Numbered from the whole stretch's first letter, positions 1 through 13,944 are shown. The stretch is 63,375 nt of DNA, filler included, from Cercozoa sp. M6MM (GCA_040357565.1; 12 parts of 12 records of this genome joined end to end with filler, not necessarily neighbours in it), one strand, 5' to 3'. The notes: a model not told the origin generated them from the letters alone. Made by a program: numbers and translations.

Positions 1-43
1 CACACACACACACACACACACATACACACACACACACGCACAC

Positions 44-118
<75 letters not shown>
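1..118. repeat. (CA)n microsatellite, probably intronic
   Basis: Near-perfect CA run. Confidence 0.95.
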
Positions 119-120
<2 letters not shown>

Positions 121-224
121 CGTGTGACACGACAAACAAAGCCACAGAAGAAAGAAAAACAAGAGAAAGAGAAAGAAGAGACAGAGAAAGAAGAGACAGA
201 GAAAGAAGAGACAGAGCGACACAC

Positions 225-984
225 CTGCATGGCCGTGCCGATTCCTCCGACTCCGTTGAAGAGCAAAAACAGTTTGCCAATGTTCTCGAGAAACGCCACC
301 ACGCACAGTAGGCCGCTCACCTGGGGAAACAATAAAGGGGGTAAAGAGAACAGACATGGGGGATAAAAGGAAACAAGAGGGGGTTAAGACCAGCGCACCA
401 CCACAAAGTCCGAGCGACGCTTGCGAGCACCCAGCAGCGCGAAAGGCGGCAGCAGCAGATTCCCGAAATTCGTGTACCTGTCCGTGACAATTTGGCTCCG
501 AAAAAGAAGGAAAGAAGCACAATACCACAAAGGTGTGAACATCAGCGTCACCGCGTAGGCCAACTACAAACGCACGGGAGCATATGGGGAGTGGGTAAGG
601 TCATAGGCCATACCTGCAAGAAAGCGGCCAGCAGTAGCCGTCTTGACCATGACCTGCACAGGGAGGGGGTAACATCATTCTCTGCAGTCAACATTAGTGC
701 TTAAACAAAGAGACTGAGTACCGAACGACGCTCTCCTGCGAGTTGAGTTGCTGCTCATACCGCACCTGTGCATAGGCCGAAGTCTGGCCCTCCTATCCCA
801 CAGACATTGAGCTAAACATAAACTAGTGCGTAGGAGCTATGAAGTCGGCCTACCTCAAAAAACTTGCGATCTCGGTGTTCATTGTACTGCGGGTGACACG
901 ACGCACACACAACATAAACAATGCGAACAGACACTGGTTGTGTTGATGCACGATCGGTATTTTCTAACGCACATTGAAAGCCAT
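225..984 (-). CDS. Small multi-exon membrane protein of unknown function (3' end runs out of the window)
   Basis: In-phase GT-AG exons give MAFN/YNEHRDRKFFE/VRYEQQLNSQESVVR/SWSRRLLLAAFLQ/LAYAVTLMFTPLW/YTNFGNLLLPPFALLGARKRRSDFVV/VSGLLCVVAFLENIGKLFLLFNGVGGIGTAMQ, with about 3 hydrophobic segments. Confidence 0.65.
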
Positions 985-1325
985 GGGCACTCGAAAACTG
1001 CTGGTGATGTAGTGCTTTGCTTAGTTGTTCGGTGCACATGTACCGACACACTCTCTACACTACAGTTCTATCGGCCATTGGTTTATTTAAGGGAACCTGA
1101 TCAGTGGGTCCGGCCTGGCCCCGCGCCACTTTGTGCAAGCTGCACCCTCCCATCGCGCACGCCGCTGCGATCAAGGCAGCTTGGTGCCTGCTGACGTCGT
1201 GAGCCGTCAGGCAGGACCATCTTTTTTTTTCGCCAGCAATGTCACGCTTGAATGGTTTCACAATAGTCCATTGTACCGCAAGTCGATTGTTAGTTTACCT
1301 CAACCATGTGATTTACAATGAACAG

Positions 1326-3747
1326 AACGGATTAAAACCGTGCTAAACGATGCCGCTACCGCTGGCTTCCATTGGGAAAGCTCCGGGTAAATTGAATCTG
1401 TGCACCGGGAAGCGACTCACTTTCCTTGTTTTGCTTCAGACAATGCTTCAAAGCCTCTGCGGCCCCTGTGCCGGACAGAAGAGTTAAAGACCTTGAAGAT
1501 ATGGTATTGTTTACTGCTGTAGGAGTTTTGACTTGCTGGTCATACCTGTCGACGCGAGCAGTTGCGTAGGAAAGACAGGGACATAGGCATGTTGCAACAG
1601 CAGATGACTGCAATGTCGCAGCAGATTCAGGATTTGCAGTTGCAACTTCAGCAGGAACGCTTGAAGCAACAGAAACTCAATCACCAGATGTTGCAACTTC
1701 AGTCTCAGTCCGAACATGTTGCAAAGCCAGCGACACCGCAACTTCATCAGTCGCAACTTGAGTCGCAGTCCGAACAAGAAACGGAGGTTCCTAGTCAAGA
1801 AAAGGGCGCTGATTTTGTCGAAAAACAGTCGAAACAGCCCAAGAACGAGATTCTGGTTGCGCGCAATGTCGAACCCATCGTTATCAGCGATGATGGTACT
1901 TTCTACACTTCCTGCCTGCTCGGATTGTTCGTATAGTCTTTTTCTCTTCTCAGACGAAGACGAGAAAGAGATCCTACCGTCGCTCAACGTTGTTGTGGCC
2001 AAGGGTCGCCCGCTCTTCCTGAAAGACACGCGATCAGCGCCGTGGAAGCCGCGACACGACTTGTTGCGCTTCTTGCAGCAGCACTGCGGATTGGCTTCAT
2101 TGACCGAGTAGCACTCGTTGTCACACTTTACTCTTTCGCATTTGATTTTCTTTGCGCAGACTGCAGGAGGCAGCAGAAGCCTTGCGAGACGGCCTGTGCG
2201 TGCAACTGCGCGATCTGAGAAGTGCAGTGGTGCGACAGGCATGTGCCACACTAGTTGCGCTGGTACTGTTTGCTCTACTCGACCCGGCACATTGTTTTGT
2301 TTCTTTATGCCCTGCCTTTAGTCAAAGAAATTGGGTTCCAAACTGGACAAAGTGAGCGCCAAAGTAGGTACGATTCCTCTGTTTTTCAATACGGTTTGCG
2401 CAATGCGAACACTAACACAAAACAGCTCAAGCTTTGCTGGACCGCGTGTTCTCATCGACGAAAGCAATCGCCATTGCTGCTGCCGATACTCTGCGGTGCA
2501 GTCTTTGCTGCTGTTGTTGTTGTTGTTGTTGAAGTGACGTATTTATCGAAATACAACGTGCTGCAGCACGCTGGTGTTAGTTTCACGTTCCACGCGTGTG
2601 CTGCGACTCTTGCTGCGTGCGACACGGGACTCGCATGCTGAAGTACCTTTGCTTTGTTCAACTTATCCCTCCCTTCCTTTAATCCCATTAATTCTAAATG
2701 TATGGTTTCAAACAGGTGCGCGCCTACGCAATTCAGTTGCTGGCGGACGTCTTGAATGCCACGGATGCTGCTGATATCACCGGCGGCAATACGGACAAGG
2801 AGAAACTGACTGCGATAAAAGAAGCGTCGAAAAAACCGCCTCGTTCACCAATGGTTCCTCACACGTTTCCTTTCACTTCTCATTCATGTACCTGCCTGAC
2901 ACAACAGCGGTTGCCATCGCCAGTTGTGTCGACAGTGTCTTCGGTGCCAGCTTTGCCCGACGCGTTTGCGTCGGCTTTTGCGGCAGCACTCACCTCTGAA
3001 AACAACAACAACAAAGACGACGATAACAACAACCAGAAGCAGAGCGACCACGCAACTGAAACGGTCGAATCAAACTGCGATCTTGATCTTGAAAGCGAAA
3101 CAGAGCAACTGGGTTCCTCAGCTTTCTTGAAGAACGTGGAGGGGTATAAGAACGAGTGTGTCCGTATGTGTTGTACAGCAGGAGGAGCGATACTACCGCA
3201 GGTTCTGCTGTTGCACGAGATTGTCGAAGCTGCAGTGGCGTTGTCTGGTGACTCGGATCCGCGCACTCGTGCGGCTGCTCGGTGTGTCATTTTGGCTTTG
3301 ACTGTATTAATGTTTATGTTCTAAAGTATGCCGTTGTGTGTGTGTCTGTGTGTGTGTGTGTGTATGTGTGTGTGTGTGTGCAGACAGTGCTTCCTGTCAG
3401 TCCAACGCTTCGGCAAGATAGTCGAAGGACGCGATTTCGATGCTCGCGCAATGAGGTTGATGCCCTTCCCCCTGACTGCCCCTGTCTAAAAATGTTCTTG
3501 CCTTTGCAGTGCCACATATGCGCGGATGGACAATCGCGACAAGAGTCAGTTTGAGCAAGCCTTGAGCACAGTATGTTCTCAATGTCATCGGACATCTTTG
3601 TGTTGCCTGCATATTGCGAAAACAATACAAGCAGGCAACGGTGCTGCCTCAAAGAAGGCGTCGCAGCAGTGTCTCCTCGCGCGGCAGCAACGGCAACAAC
3701 AACAGTCACAGGAATAACAACAGCGACGACAACAACAACAACACCAA

Positions 3748-3778
<31 letters not shown>

Positions 3779-4233
3779 GACAACAATGAAAACGATATTG
3801 ACAGCGCCAAACCGAGCACTGACAGCAGAATAGGCGCTGCACCAGCAAGAGCAAACAGAGAGAAAGAAAACCACGTTGCGCAGCCACGTCCGTTGCGACA
3901 GCGGGAACAACTCAGTAAACGGCGTCGCGTGCAGTCAAGACGAGGCTCTACGCGCAGAGGCCGCGGCGTATTTTTTTGCTTTGCCTCCCCGCCCCTTCTT
4001 TGGTCATCTTAATTTCTGCAGAACCTCCGCGACTTTATCCAAAAACAGCGACGTCGTGGCACCACGAAAACCGATCGTTTCACCGTAACCTCTTTGTGTT
4101 ACGTGTGCAGACATTGGTCATCCGATTTTTGTTTCGCACAGGTGGAAGTGCACGCAGCATCAAATCAATCGGAAGAATTCCGCGTAAATCAACGCCAATG
4201 ATGCTGACCGCCGCAGACGGACCATACGCATAA
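1326..4233 (+). CDS. CLASP N-terminal/TOG (HEAT) domain protein with Q-rich coiled coil and N-rich low-complexity tail; ends approximate
   Basis: Exon LRDGLCVQLRDLRSAVVRQACATLVAL matches the CLASP DLRSxVVRxAC motif; further HEAT-like exons VRAYAIQLLADVL and ALSGDSDPRTRAAAR. Confidence 0.65.
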
Positions 4234-4477
4234 CCTCCGCTTGTCAGTGTTGTTTAAGTATTCGATTGCTGGTCGCAGCATCAAATCAATCAATCTCGAC
4301 TATTCTCTCACCTGTCATGGAACCAACTAACTAACTAATGCGCCGTGAATCGAGTGTCGGTGACTCACAAGACAGTCCCGGTCCCGGTCATGCATGCTGC
4401 GCGACGCTCGCAGCGTCGGTTGGTTTAGTCAATCAATACCGAGTAGCGACGAATCACGACGAGTAATGTCAGCTCAC

Positions 4478-4975
4478 TCACTGGACTTTAATGTAAGACG
4501 TAGGCACCCAGCCTCCCCGACCGGCGCTGTCACCGAGCAGCTTAACACGCGACCAGCCTTGCCTGTAGCGAAAGCACACACGCGCGATTCATCATACGTA
4601 CCAAAGAGGAAAGAAGGTCCAAAAGAAGGTACTCATTGCTGTCCAGGAGGACGTAGTGCGAGCCTTTGACAAGGTCGTGCTGCTCCTTGGACCTGGCCGT
4701 GTAGGCGTACAGAGCGACGGCTTGCTGCTTGTCGCTGTTGTCGTCGTGTCTCGTCGCGTCCTTGGCCTTGGCGTGACTGCTACTGGCGGTGCTTGCCGAG
4801 TGCTCCCTGGTCTGAGGCACGCTCTGATGGCAACATAGACAGTCTCTCCAGACGGTGCCATTTACACACAGCAGGGGGGGGGGGACCTCCTCATCGCTGT
4901 CGGGTTCGCTGTCACTACTCGCGCGGAACTCGGCGAAACGCTCGCGGTGTCGACGTGCGCGTGACTTCTGTCGGA
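4478..4975 (-). CDS. C-terminal part of an SH3-domain protein
   Basis: AVALYAYTARSKEQHDLVKGSHYVLLDSNE spliced to QGWSRVKLLGDSAGRGGWVPTSYIKVQ* (ALY...W...GWVPxxY SH3 signature); stop at 4478. Confidence 0.85.
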
Positions 4976-5088
4976 CACAATACAACAGTTTGGACGTAGG
5001 AATTTTCAGATACAACAGGATACCGATCTGGTTCTTGACTTCTACGTACAACAGGACACACAATATATCGTATGCACTGTACCGTGTG

Positions 5089-5142
<54 letters not shown>

Positions 5143-5241
5143 NNNNNNNNNNNNNNNNNNNNNNNNNNNNNNNNNNNNNNNNNNNNTTAATTAATTAANN
5201 NNNNNNNNNNNNNNNNNNNNNNNNNNNNNNNNNNNNNNNNN
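5143..5241. other. Artificial contig linker (N-TTAATTAATTAA-N); recurs near 12745, 14016, 17377, 24516, 33452, 35582, 47550, 55557, 57377 and 61401
   Basis: Identical six-frame-stop linker flanked by N runs; genes are truncated at these points. Confidence 0.97.
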
Positions 5242-5244
5242 NGG

Positions 5245-6601
<1,357 letters not shown>

Positions 6602-6982
6602 GATGGCCTTGTCTGGGGTCTCTAGCTTCGAGCCCTTTCGCTCCCTCCGAGTGTGACGCAAAAACACTCAAACTCAAGACCGCGATGACTTCAAAAGACG
6701 AGCGACCGCTTTGCTAGAACCTCTACAGTCGTGCTCGCGTCCTGCACTTTACCGTAGGAGTACACAGTACTGAGTAGTAGCAACGTGACGTCAAAAAGTG
6801 CCCAGGGCTGGGCTTGGGAAATTTCGACTTTTTTACTTGAGCCTCGTGTTCTTTAAAATACAGACTTTCGTGCTACTCACAAGGTACCCGAGCCATGTAG
6901 GTGCGTCTCAGCATAAGTAACGTCAGCATAAAACACAAGGGGAAAACTCGAGTGTTTTATTATTTTTTGTACGACGGGCGCC

Positions 6983-7016
6983 CAGTTGTACTCACAATTC
7001 AGTTGTACTCACAATT
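6983..7016. repeat. 17-bp tandem duplication (CAGTTGTACTCACAATT)x2 in a divergent intergenic region
   Basis: Read directly from the sequence. Confidence 0.85.
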
Positions 7017-7109
7017 CTCAGACAAACGTGTTTCCTCGTGTTTTTGGGTTGATTAATCACTGCATAGGCACAGATTTAGTTTGTAGTTAGCTGGGCTGGG
7101 CACGTCATT

Positions 7110-8688
7110 ATGTTTGTGGCCAGCGCGACCACGATTGTTTCCTTGTCCAGTGCAGTTGTTTCGTTCTTGTGTGCCCTGCTCGTTCGCAGGCAGTGGAAGG
7201 ACTCTGCTGCGCGAGTTTGCGTTTGGTATCAAATCATACGTATTCATGAAGCGTTTCTTGCGAATTACTGGCTGAATGAAAATAAAACTGTAAACTTAGG
7301 TGGCTGTGCTTTTGCGACGGTACCGCAGCCCTCTTCTTCTTTGTCCATCCTAATAGTTGCCAGGCAGGTTTCGCGCACCTTGCGGTCGTCGTTGGACTCG
7401 CACAGTCGAACTTCACAAACGATCGTTTGCTGGGGCGCGCTTGTGCTGCTGGAGATGTCACCCAAGGCAACTGGAACGTCACTGTGCCGGCTGTGGTATG
7501 AGGAATAAACATTGTTGTGCGCAGTTGTGCCTAAACTCTTTTTGTACACCGTCAGATTGGCGCTGTTTTCGTCTTCGCGCTTGTTGCTTCGTGTCTGTGG
7601 CAAAATACACCTGCAGTTTATCGATACTTAAAACAAACTGATCTGGGCCCAACCAAACACGATTGATTCTTCGCACTGTAGGACATGCGCATTCTCGCTC
7701 GTGGTCGGAACAGTAATCTCGCGCTCGCAAGAGGGCACGTTTCGTGTTGGTTTTAACTGCCACAGTTCCATGTAGGATTGAGTCTTTGTCGATTTCAGCT
7801 TTAAGCTCCATGGTGTTTTATTAATATGCTGACTGACTGACCGAACAGTTGGGCACTCTCGCTACTGTGCGGAGCAACAGTAGTAACTCCGCACAAATAC
7901 TGTCAATACGGCATCTTGGCGGCTTTGTTGTTGCCTTTCTCAATCACGATGCTTGGTACGGAGCCCGCTGGTTTGTCTGTACCAACGGCACGGGATTGTT
8001 CTTGACATAGTGTCTGCTTTCGTGGCGATGCGTGTGCATTTCTTCCTGCGACGCACGTGCATTGTTTATGACTTTTCCTACACGGCGGGGGAGGTAGGAA
8101 GCAGGAGTCACAGTTTCTACAACTGAAAAGTACAGTTTGGAACTGCAGGATGAAGCAGAACGGCGCATTTTGCAGCGAGATGCGGCTTGTTCTGCACAGG
8201 TAAATTAAGGAGTGCCTCCTTTAAACAAACTGCAGTTTGTATTGTGCCCATGGTTGTTGCAGTTGCGTCGCACAGGCGATTTTGCACTCGCCCTGTGTTT
8301 CACACTGCCTGCTGTGTGTTTGTACATGCTGCCAGTACACCTGGCCTGGGTCTACGCATTCCGAGGCGTTCTCAATGCACTTGCTATCTCTCGCGTTTTC
8401 AAGACTGACGAGGCAACAAGCGAAATCTCGGAGCCACTCACGTCGCACACATCGCTGTACGTCAGACCAGCAATTCGCACTATGAGTGCACTGACACATC
8501 GCGACCCTTTTTGGCAGAAGAGTAAACTGAACTGTGCACCAGATGAATCACATGTGTAACTGCAAACTGTACTGTGTGTCACAGGCGCAGCTTGGCACCG
8601 GCGTGTGGCAGGTCATTTCGACAATCACAGCACCGGCAAACGTCCTCCATCAGGAAGTGAGAAAATCACGCTCTCTCTGTCATCGGTG
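7110..8688 (+). CDS. Probable 7TM GPCR, cAMP-receptor/GCR1-like (middle exons not fully resolved)
   Basis: TM1-2 SLSSAVVSFLCALLVRRQWKDSAARVCVWWLCFCDG; TM5 GILAALLLPFSITMLVSAFVAMRV; TM6 DFALALCFTLPAVCL; TM7 AWVYAFRGVLNALAI resembles the QGxLNAxxY motif of CAR-type receptors. Confidence 0.55.
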
Positions 8689-8881
8689 ATGCTGGACGCC
8701 GAGCAGTTGCAATAACCAACACGGACCCTCAATGCGGGCTGCCTCGGGAATACCACATAAGTTTACAGGTGCACCTGTCTCAGTAAAATAAAAACTTAAT
8801 GTCGATTTTATTTTACTGTGACGACGAGTAAAAAGTAGCTCACGCGTGTGTAGACTAATTCTTCAACTCGTTGAAGCAGAC

Positions 8882-9067
8882 AAAAACACTAATACGCATT
8901 CGCAGAGCCGCTGAGTCTTCCAGGAAACCCAACTCAGCAGTTCCTCTGCACCAGTCCGGGGTGGGTCGCAAGAGCATGGCCGTGTCTACCACCCGCTTAG
9001 GGTAGAAGGACGAAGATTTAAATCTCAGTCGCCCTTGCCTTTGCGTTGAACTACGCCGAATAGTATT
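8882..9067 (-). ncRNA. Candidate structured ncRNA of unknown family (Pol III-like U5 end; telomerase-RNA-like layout possible)
   Basis: Closing helix AAUAC/GUAUU plus AUUCG/CGAAU; stems AAGGGCGA/UCGUCCUU, GGGUGG/CCACCC and GCAGAG..GCUGAGUU/GACUCAGC..CUCUGC; G-U pairs work only on the minus strand; ends in TTTTT. Confidence 0.5.
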
Positions 9068-9221
9068 GAAACACTTGCAGTAACGTAACGTAAATGCCAC
9101 GCCAACTTCACTTTACATTTAACTGAACGGAAACGAAACAAACCGAACGCGGCAAGTCCAGCGGATTTCTAGCGTAGATTAATTATCGTAGAATAATTAA
9201 ACTTAAACTACGTGTGTGCAG

Positions 9222-10586
9222 CTAGAACTTGGGTCGACGTCGTCGCGCAGTGTACTTGGAGTCGTTTGCCGTGCTCTGTCCGCGGTTGCGCCGCTGCTCC
9301 TTCTTGCGTTGCACCCACTCACGGTCCTGCATCAAGACAGCGCCAACATTAAGAATAAAAACAATCTGCTTGAACAAAGAAACAATCAAAAGAACCTTAA
9401 AGTTGCGTTTCTTGCCGGAACGAGCACGCGCGAAACGTTTCTTCGACTCGTCGTGACCAGCGAACATGATGGTTTGCGGCGCAGCTTCGGCTTCGGTTTC
9501 TTGCTGCACACAAAGCAGTTTCCCAAATTTAAAAAAACTGCAAAAACGAATGGAAGCAAGCACCTGCATGTCTTCATCCTCTTCGACAAAGGCAGTTTTC
9601 GGGAGTGTGAAAGACGAGCTGTTGCCGGCCACCAAGATAAGATACAGCTTGCGTTTCTTCTTGGACTGGGCATTTTCTTCGGCAATGCTGGCCGAGAAAC
9701 CGGCTCTAAGCAAGCAACACATCGCTAACACGCGAGCAGCAAAAGCAAGTACCGCATAGCAGCTTGTGTGATCAGACGCATGGCATCCGGAGTCTCTGGG
9801 TACCTAATAAACAGAAAACGCATCCGCGCGGATGTGGAAGAAAACGGAAAAAGTACAACTGGAGGCACGCACGGGCACCAGGCACGAGACAGCGGTACAA
9901 CGACTCGAAAAAGCTCGCAAGTCGCTTCATCGGATTGTGCCACTTCTTATCGGCATTGCAGAGCCACTACCAGGAGGGGGGGGGGGGGAAAAGAGGGGTA
10001 AGAGGGGTAAAGAGGGGAAACCCCTACCTGCACAGCCGAGACCGAGATGGCGCCGTCAAAAGCGGCCGTTCCGAAAGGCAGACCTTGTCCCATGTCATGA
10101 TGGAACAAGTCACCTCTGTCACACAACGTAATAATATCCAGGGGGAAGAGGATCGGGGGGGGGGGGTAATACTCTGCATCGCGTTCCCTGGCGACGGAAA
10201 GCATGTCGCCACTGATGTCACAGCCGACCCCTTTAAGTACACATGTTGTTAAAGGGGCTACACACAAGCATGGGTGTAGCCACAGAGGTACAGGCGTGTC
10301 CAGCCTCGCTGAGAACGTTGCCACTGAGACCACTGCCGCAGCCAATGTCAAGCAGCAGGCACGGTCGACCTTTGGGCAGGTGCAGCAACTCCAGGCACCG
10401 CTCCGCCATCTGCGACTGAATCTTCATCATGCGCGAGTTCTGCGCGTACTGTCTCGCCTCGGTGGCATCGTAGAACTGCACAAGGGACACTCATACACAC
10501 ACGCGCACGCACACACGCACACAAGTACCCCTCGGAATAACAAATACCAGTTCGGGCGGCGCTGTGGCCTCTGGTCGTCTAGGCAT
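9222..10586 (-). CDS. BUD23: 18S rRNA guanine-N7 methyltransferase Bud23/WBSCR22
   Basis: [91 protein letters not shown]. Confidence 0.96.
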
Positions 10587-10735
10587 TTTTACTGCGTCGC
10601 AATCAGTGCACACACACTCTTACACACGCCTACTTATCTTGTATCGGTGCGCCTCGAGAGTGGAGCGCCGCATCATGCAGAACTACATAAAACACAAACA
10701 CAATCCTGATTGACGCAGCTTAATTCCATGCTTAA

Positions 10736-11604
10736 CTAATTTGGACTTAGAACCTTTTTGAAATGAGTGAGAAGGAGTCTTTTGTCCAAGATATCTACGG
10801 CAGGAAGGTTTGCGTTATTTGTTTTTTTATCAATGTGTATTTGTTTTTGTTTAGCTGGTGCTGCGTATTTTGCGCGAAAAAGATGCGAGTTTGACAGTGT
10901 CATTGTGTCGAGTGGAAGAAACGCATCCGCGCGGAGACGTGACTTGGTATATTGCGGCGTCCGCCGGGCTGCTGTCAATGTGCTGGGTGGTGGGACTCGC
11001 CGGCGACTGGTCGGTCGTCGTGGCTGCACTCGTCGCTGTCGCTGTTTTACTCAAGGTTTTCACTGCTCTTTAGATTTCAAACTTTGCTTTTTTATGTTTT
11101 GTATTTTCTAGATAACGATAGAGAAACGGGCAGTGTTTGAGGAGCGAATCATTGTAATGCGACAGGTCGGCGTGCAATTCGAGAGTGTCACGAAAGGTAC
11201 AACACTCCAGCACGGCATTCTAGCATCTCCCATGATTGATCATCTTTGGATGTTTTTGTTTTCTGAAGGAGGTTCTGTGAAACGCACGTTTTTGGACGAT
11301 ACGGCCGTGAAAAGTGTCGTGCTCAACGAAGGTGTCTCAATGTGTCGCGTGCTGTCCTACCTCGCCTTTCGCGTGCACGGCCAGGTTCTCTTTCTTCCAA
11401 AGCTTAAACCAATATCTTAATGTTACATTGAGCAGGACAAGATGAAGCTCGCATTTGAGAATTTGTGGCCGCGATATTCGACGTTGGTGTCACTGTACGC
11501 GGAACTGAAACGCTTCTTTCCCAACCAGCACGCGTTTGTGTACGCCGCTGATGCCGTGCGACATGGCAGGAGTAGTCACTAGTTGGTTTTCTTGTGTCTA
11601 ACAT
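10736..11604 (-). CDS. Possible orphan low-complexity protein
   Basis: ATG at 11604 and S/T-rich ORF segments separated by AT-rich intron-like tracts; model not closed. Confidence 0.3.
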
Positions 11605-11799
11605 TATTTTGTTACTAAACGGCTATTTCGGCGCTCTTTCGGCGTCACGGATGGTGCACCCTTTTACTGACTGTCCTTTCTACAGCTACCGTCTGATACT
11701 TGGCCATCTCTCCTACTGACATTTGGCCATTCTCCCCCAAGAGCGGACTTTATTTTTTTTGCAATTGGTTTTTGTATTTTTATCCATCACTGGCCAAAT

Positions 11800-11882
11800 G
11801 CCCTCAATTACCAAGCCGTAATCCTGATCTGAGAGGGCTGCGATAACAAGTTGGACTGGGCGCCTGCCAAATCCAGACACAA
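11800..11882 (+). ncRNA. Weak H/ACA snoRNA-like candidate
   Basis: Hairpin GCCCTC..GAGGGC, then ATAACA (ANANNA), a second hairpin TGGACTGG..CCAAATCCA, then ACA. Confidence 0.25.
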
Positions 11883-11965
11883 GAGGAGGAAAGTTGGAAG
11901 CGTGTTTCGCCTGCCTTGTTTTTGTATTCAGTCGCAACTAAAATAAGACACGGCGAGAGGACAGC

Positions 11966-12744
11966 CTAGTGAGCAGTGAGTCGAGGCAGGTCCAGGTCTA
12001 GTGATTGGCCCTCTAGCAAGTTTTGCAGTTCCTGCACGCGCACAGGCGAGCTGCGTGCTCTGAACATTAAAAAAACCAAGATATCACCCCACACTGATCG
12101 CACACAAGGTAGTACCTCACGCCGCCCTTCCTTGGCATGGCACGATGCGGCGCCGCCGGCACTCGCACCTGTCAACACAGGAGATGATTAAGCGGGTGGG
12201 GGGGGGGTAAAGGGAAGTACGATGAACTCGGTGCGTGCAGCAACGTGTTGTCGCTCCGCTTCGAGTCGATTGAGTTCGTCGAGTTCCTCGCGCAGCAGGT
12301 CCTACCGGGAGGGGGGGTAAAAGGAGGAACGTATGGGGTCAAGCAGGGAATGCACCCGTTCAGCAGCACTGGCTTCGTGCAGCTTGAGTCGCTTTTCGTC
12401 CAACTGGCGCCCCTGGGGGGGGGGGGGGGGGCGAAAAGAGGCATAAACAACAGAAAACCCAACAAAAAACAACAAAAGAACAAAAACAAAAAACAAAAAA
12501 ACAAAAAAACAACAAAACAAAAAACAACAAAACAAAAAACAACAAAACAAAAAGCAACAAAACAAAAAACATCAAAACAAAAAACAACAAAATAGAACAA
12601 AAGAACAAAAGCAAAACAACAACGACAACAAATAACAACAAAGAAAAAACAACAACGACAAACAACAACAAAAAAACAACAAAAAAACCAGAAACGCACC
12701 TCGTGAAACCCGGGCCAGTGACGGTGCCGATCGAGTTCGGCAAA
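11966..12744 (-). CDS. C-terminal exons of an unknown coiled-coil protein
   Basis: In-phase exons FAELDRHRHWPGFHE/GRQLDEKRLKLHEASAAER/DLLREELDELNRLEAERQ.../QELQNLLEGQSLDLDLPRLTAH*. Confidence 0.6.
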
Positions 12745-12845
12745 NNNNNNNNNNNNNNNNNNNNNNNNNNNNNNNNNNNNNNNNNNNNTTAATTAATTAA
12801 NNNNNNNNNNNNNNNNNNNNNNNNNNNNNNNNNNNNNNNNNNNNC

Positions 12846-12880
<35 letters not shown>

Positions 12881-12928
12881 CACACACACACCAGTGTAAC
12901 ACAGAGCATTCCACACAAAATAGGCTAC

Positions 12929-13704
12929 GTTGGTGTCGTCTTGCTGAATGAACAGAACGCAAGGGTAGCCCGCCTTTTGGAACGGCACGTGGTCCTGTCC
13001 AGTCAAACGTGTCAGTTGTGTAAGTCCAACAGCATGAGCTAGCAAGGTACAGATCCAAAGGACAGCGACGTCTGCGTATGCGACAGTTCGCCGAGTGACA
13101 GCGTGTTCTCCTTGGCCACACTCATCAGGGCCTGGATGTCGCTGTCGCGCGTGCCCTCGACCTTGAGGCCAAAGTACCTGCGCGAGTAGCCAGTCATATC
13201 GGCCATGATGGCCTGGCGAATCGCGACATTGTTGCGAACGCATTCATCCACGTATTGCTGACTGCCGTAGAGACCCTGTCGGAGGGGTAGGTAAGAGTAT
13301 GGATAGGGGCAGGACTACAGCAGGAAATACCTGCTCCTCACCGCCCCAGGCAGCCACATGGACAGTGTATGGCAGGCGACCGCCCACTTCCTACGCACGC
13401 CACAAGGCACGGTAAGTATAGGGTGCAAGGTAACACACACACACACACACAACACACAAGACAATGCATACCCGAGCAAGCACTCCCAGGGCACGTGCCA
13501 CCTCAAGCACTGACACGGTGCCACTTCCCTGTCCATACGCATACGGCATGGAGACTGCCCTATACTGTAGCTATTTTCTATGGTGACAAAAAGGTTACAT
13601 CATCGACGGCACCCGGGGCACGCACGGTCGGGTTGTCCGAGGTGCTGTCCCAGTGCGCTCCGAACACGACGCGTTCGCTGTCGTCGCTGCGGGTACAGGG
13701 ATTC

Positions 13705-13740
<36 letters not shown>

Positions 13741-13944
13741 ACATATACATGTATATATGGGTACACGCCAGTGTGTTCGCAAATGACGTTGAAGGAGGGC
13801 GTGCCGCGCACCACGATTGGCTGGCGGAACACGCGGTCACACAGGCCAGAGCGAAGGAACTGTGCCTCCACAAAGTCGAGTGCCCGGGCAGGTCCGTCCT
13901 GCTGCCAGTCCTTAACGTGCGTGTAGCGCGTCGCAATCTCCTCC
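12929..13944 (-). CDS. M28 family zinc aminopeptidase (internal fragment)
   Basis: VVFGAHWDS...APGAVDD/GSGTVSVLEVAR, WGGEEQ/GLYGS, ADMTGY, DHVPFQKAGYP. Confidence 0.92.

Noticed and set aside
4153-4291. 18-bp direct repeat CGCAGCATCAAATCAATC as a target-site duplication
   Set aside because: Only ~100 bp lie between the copies, with no element features; likely a local duplication
5143-5241. Repeated TTAATTAATTAA palindrome between N runs
   Set aside because: Artificial concatenation linker; it also invalidates gene-cluster arguments across contigs
7053-7811. Minus-strand ORFs
   Set aside because: Better explained as antisense shadows of the plus-strand 7TM gene
8973-8982. AGCATGGCC match to U6 snRNA
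   Set aside because: Only 9 nt, with no ACAGAGA box or other U6 features
12172-12743. Long F/V/C-rich and CV/HT/YP-repeat ORFs in the ORF track
   Set aside because: Translations of intronic microsatellites
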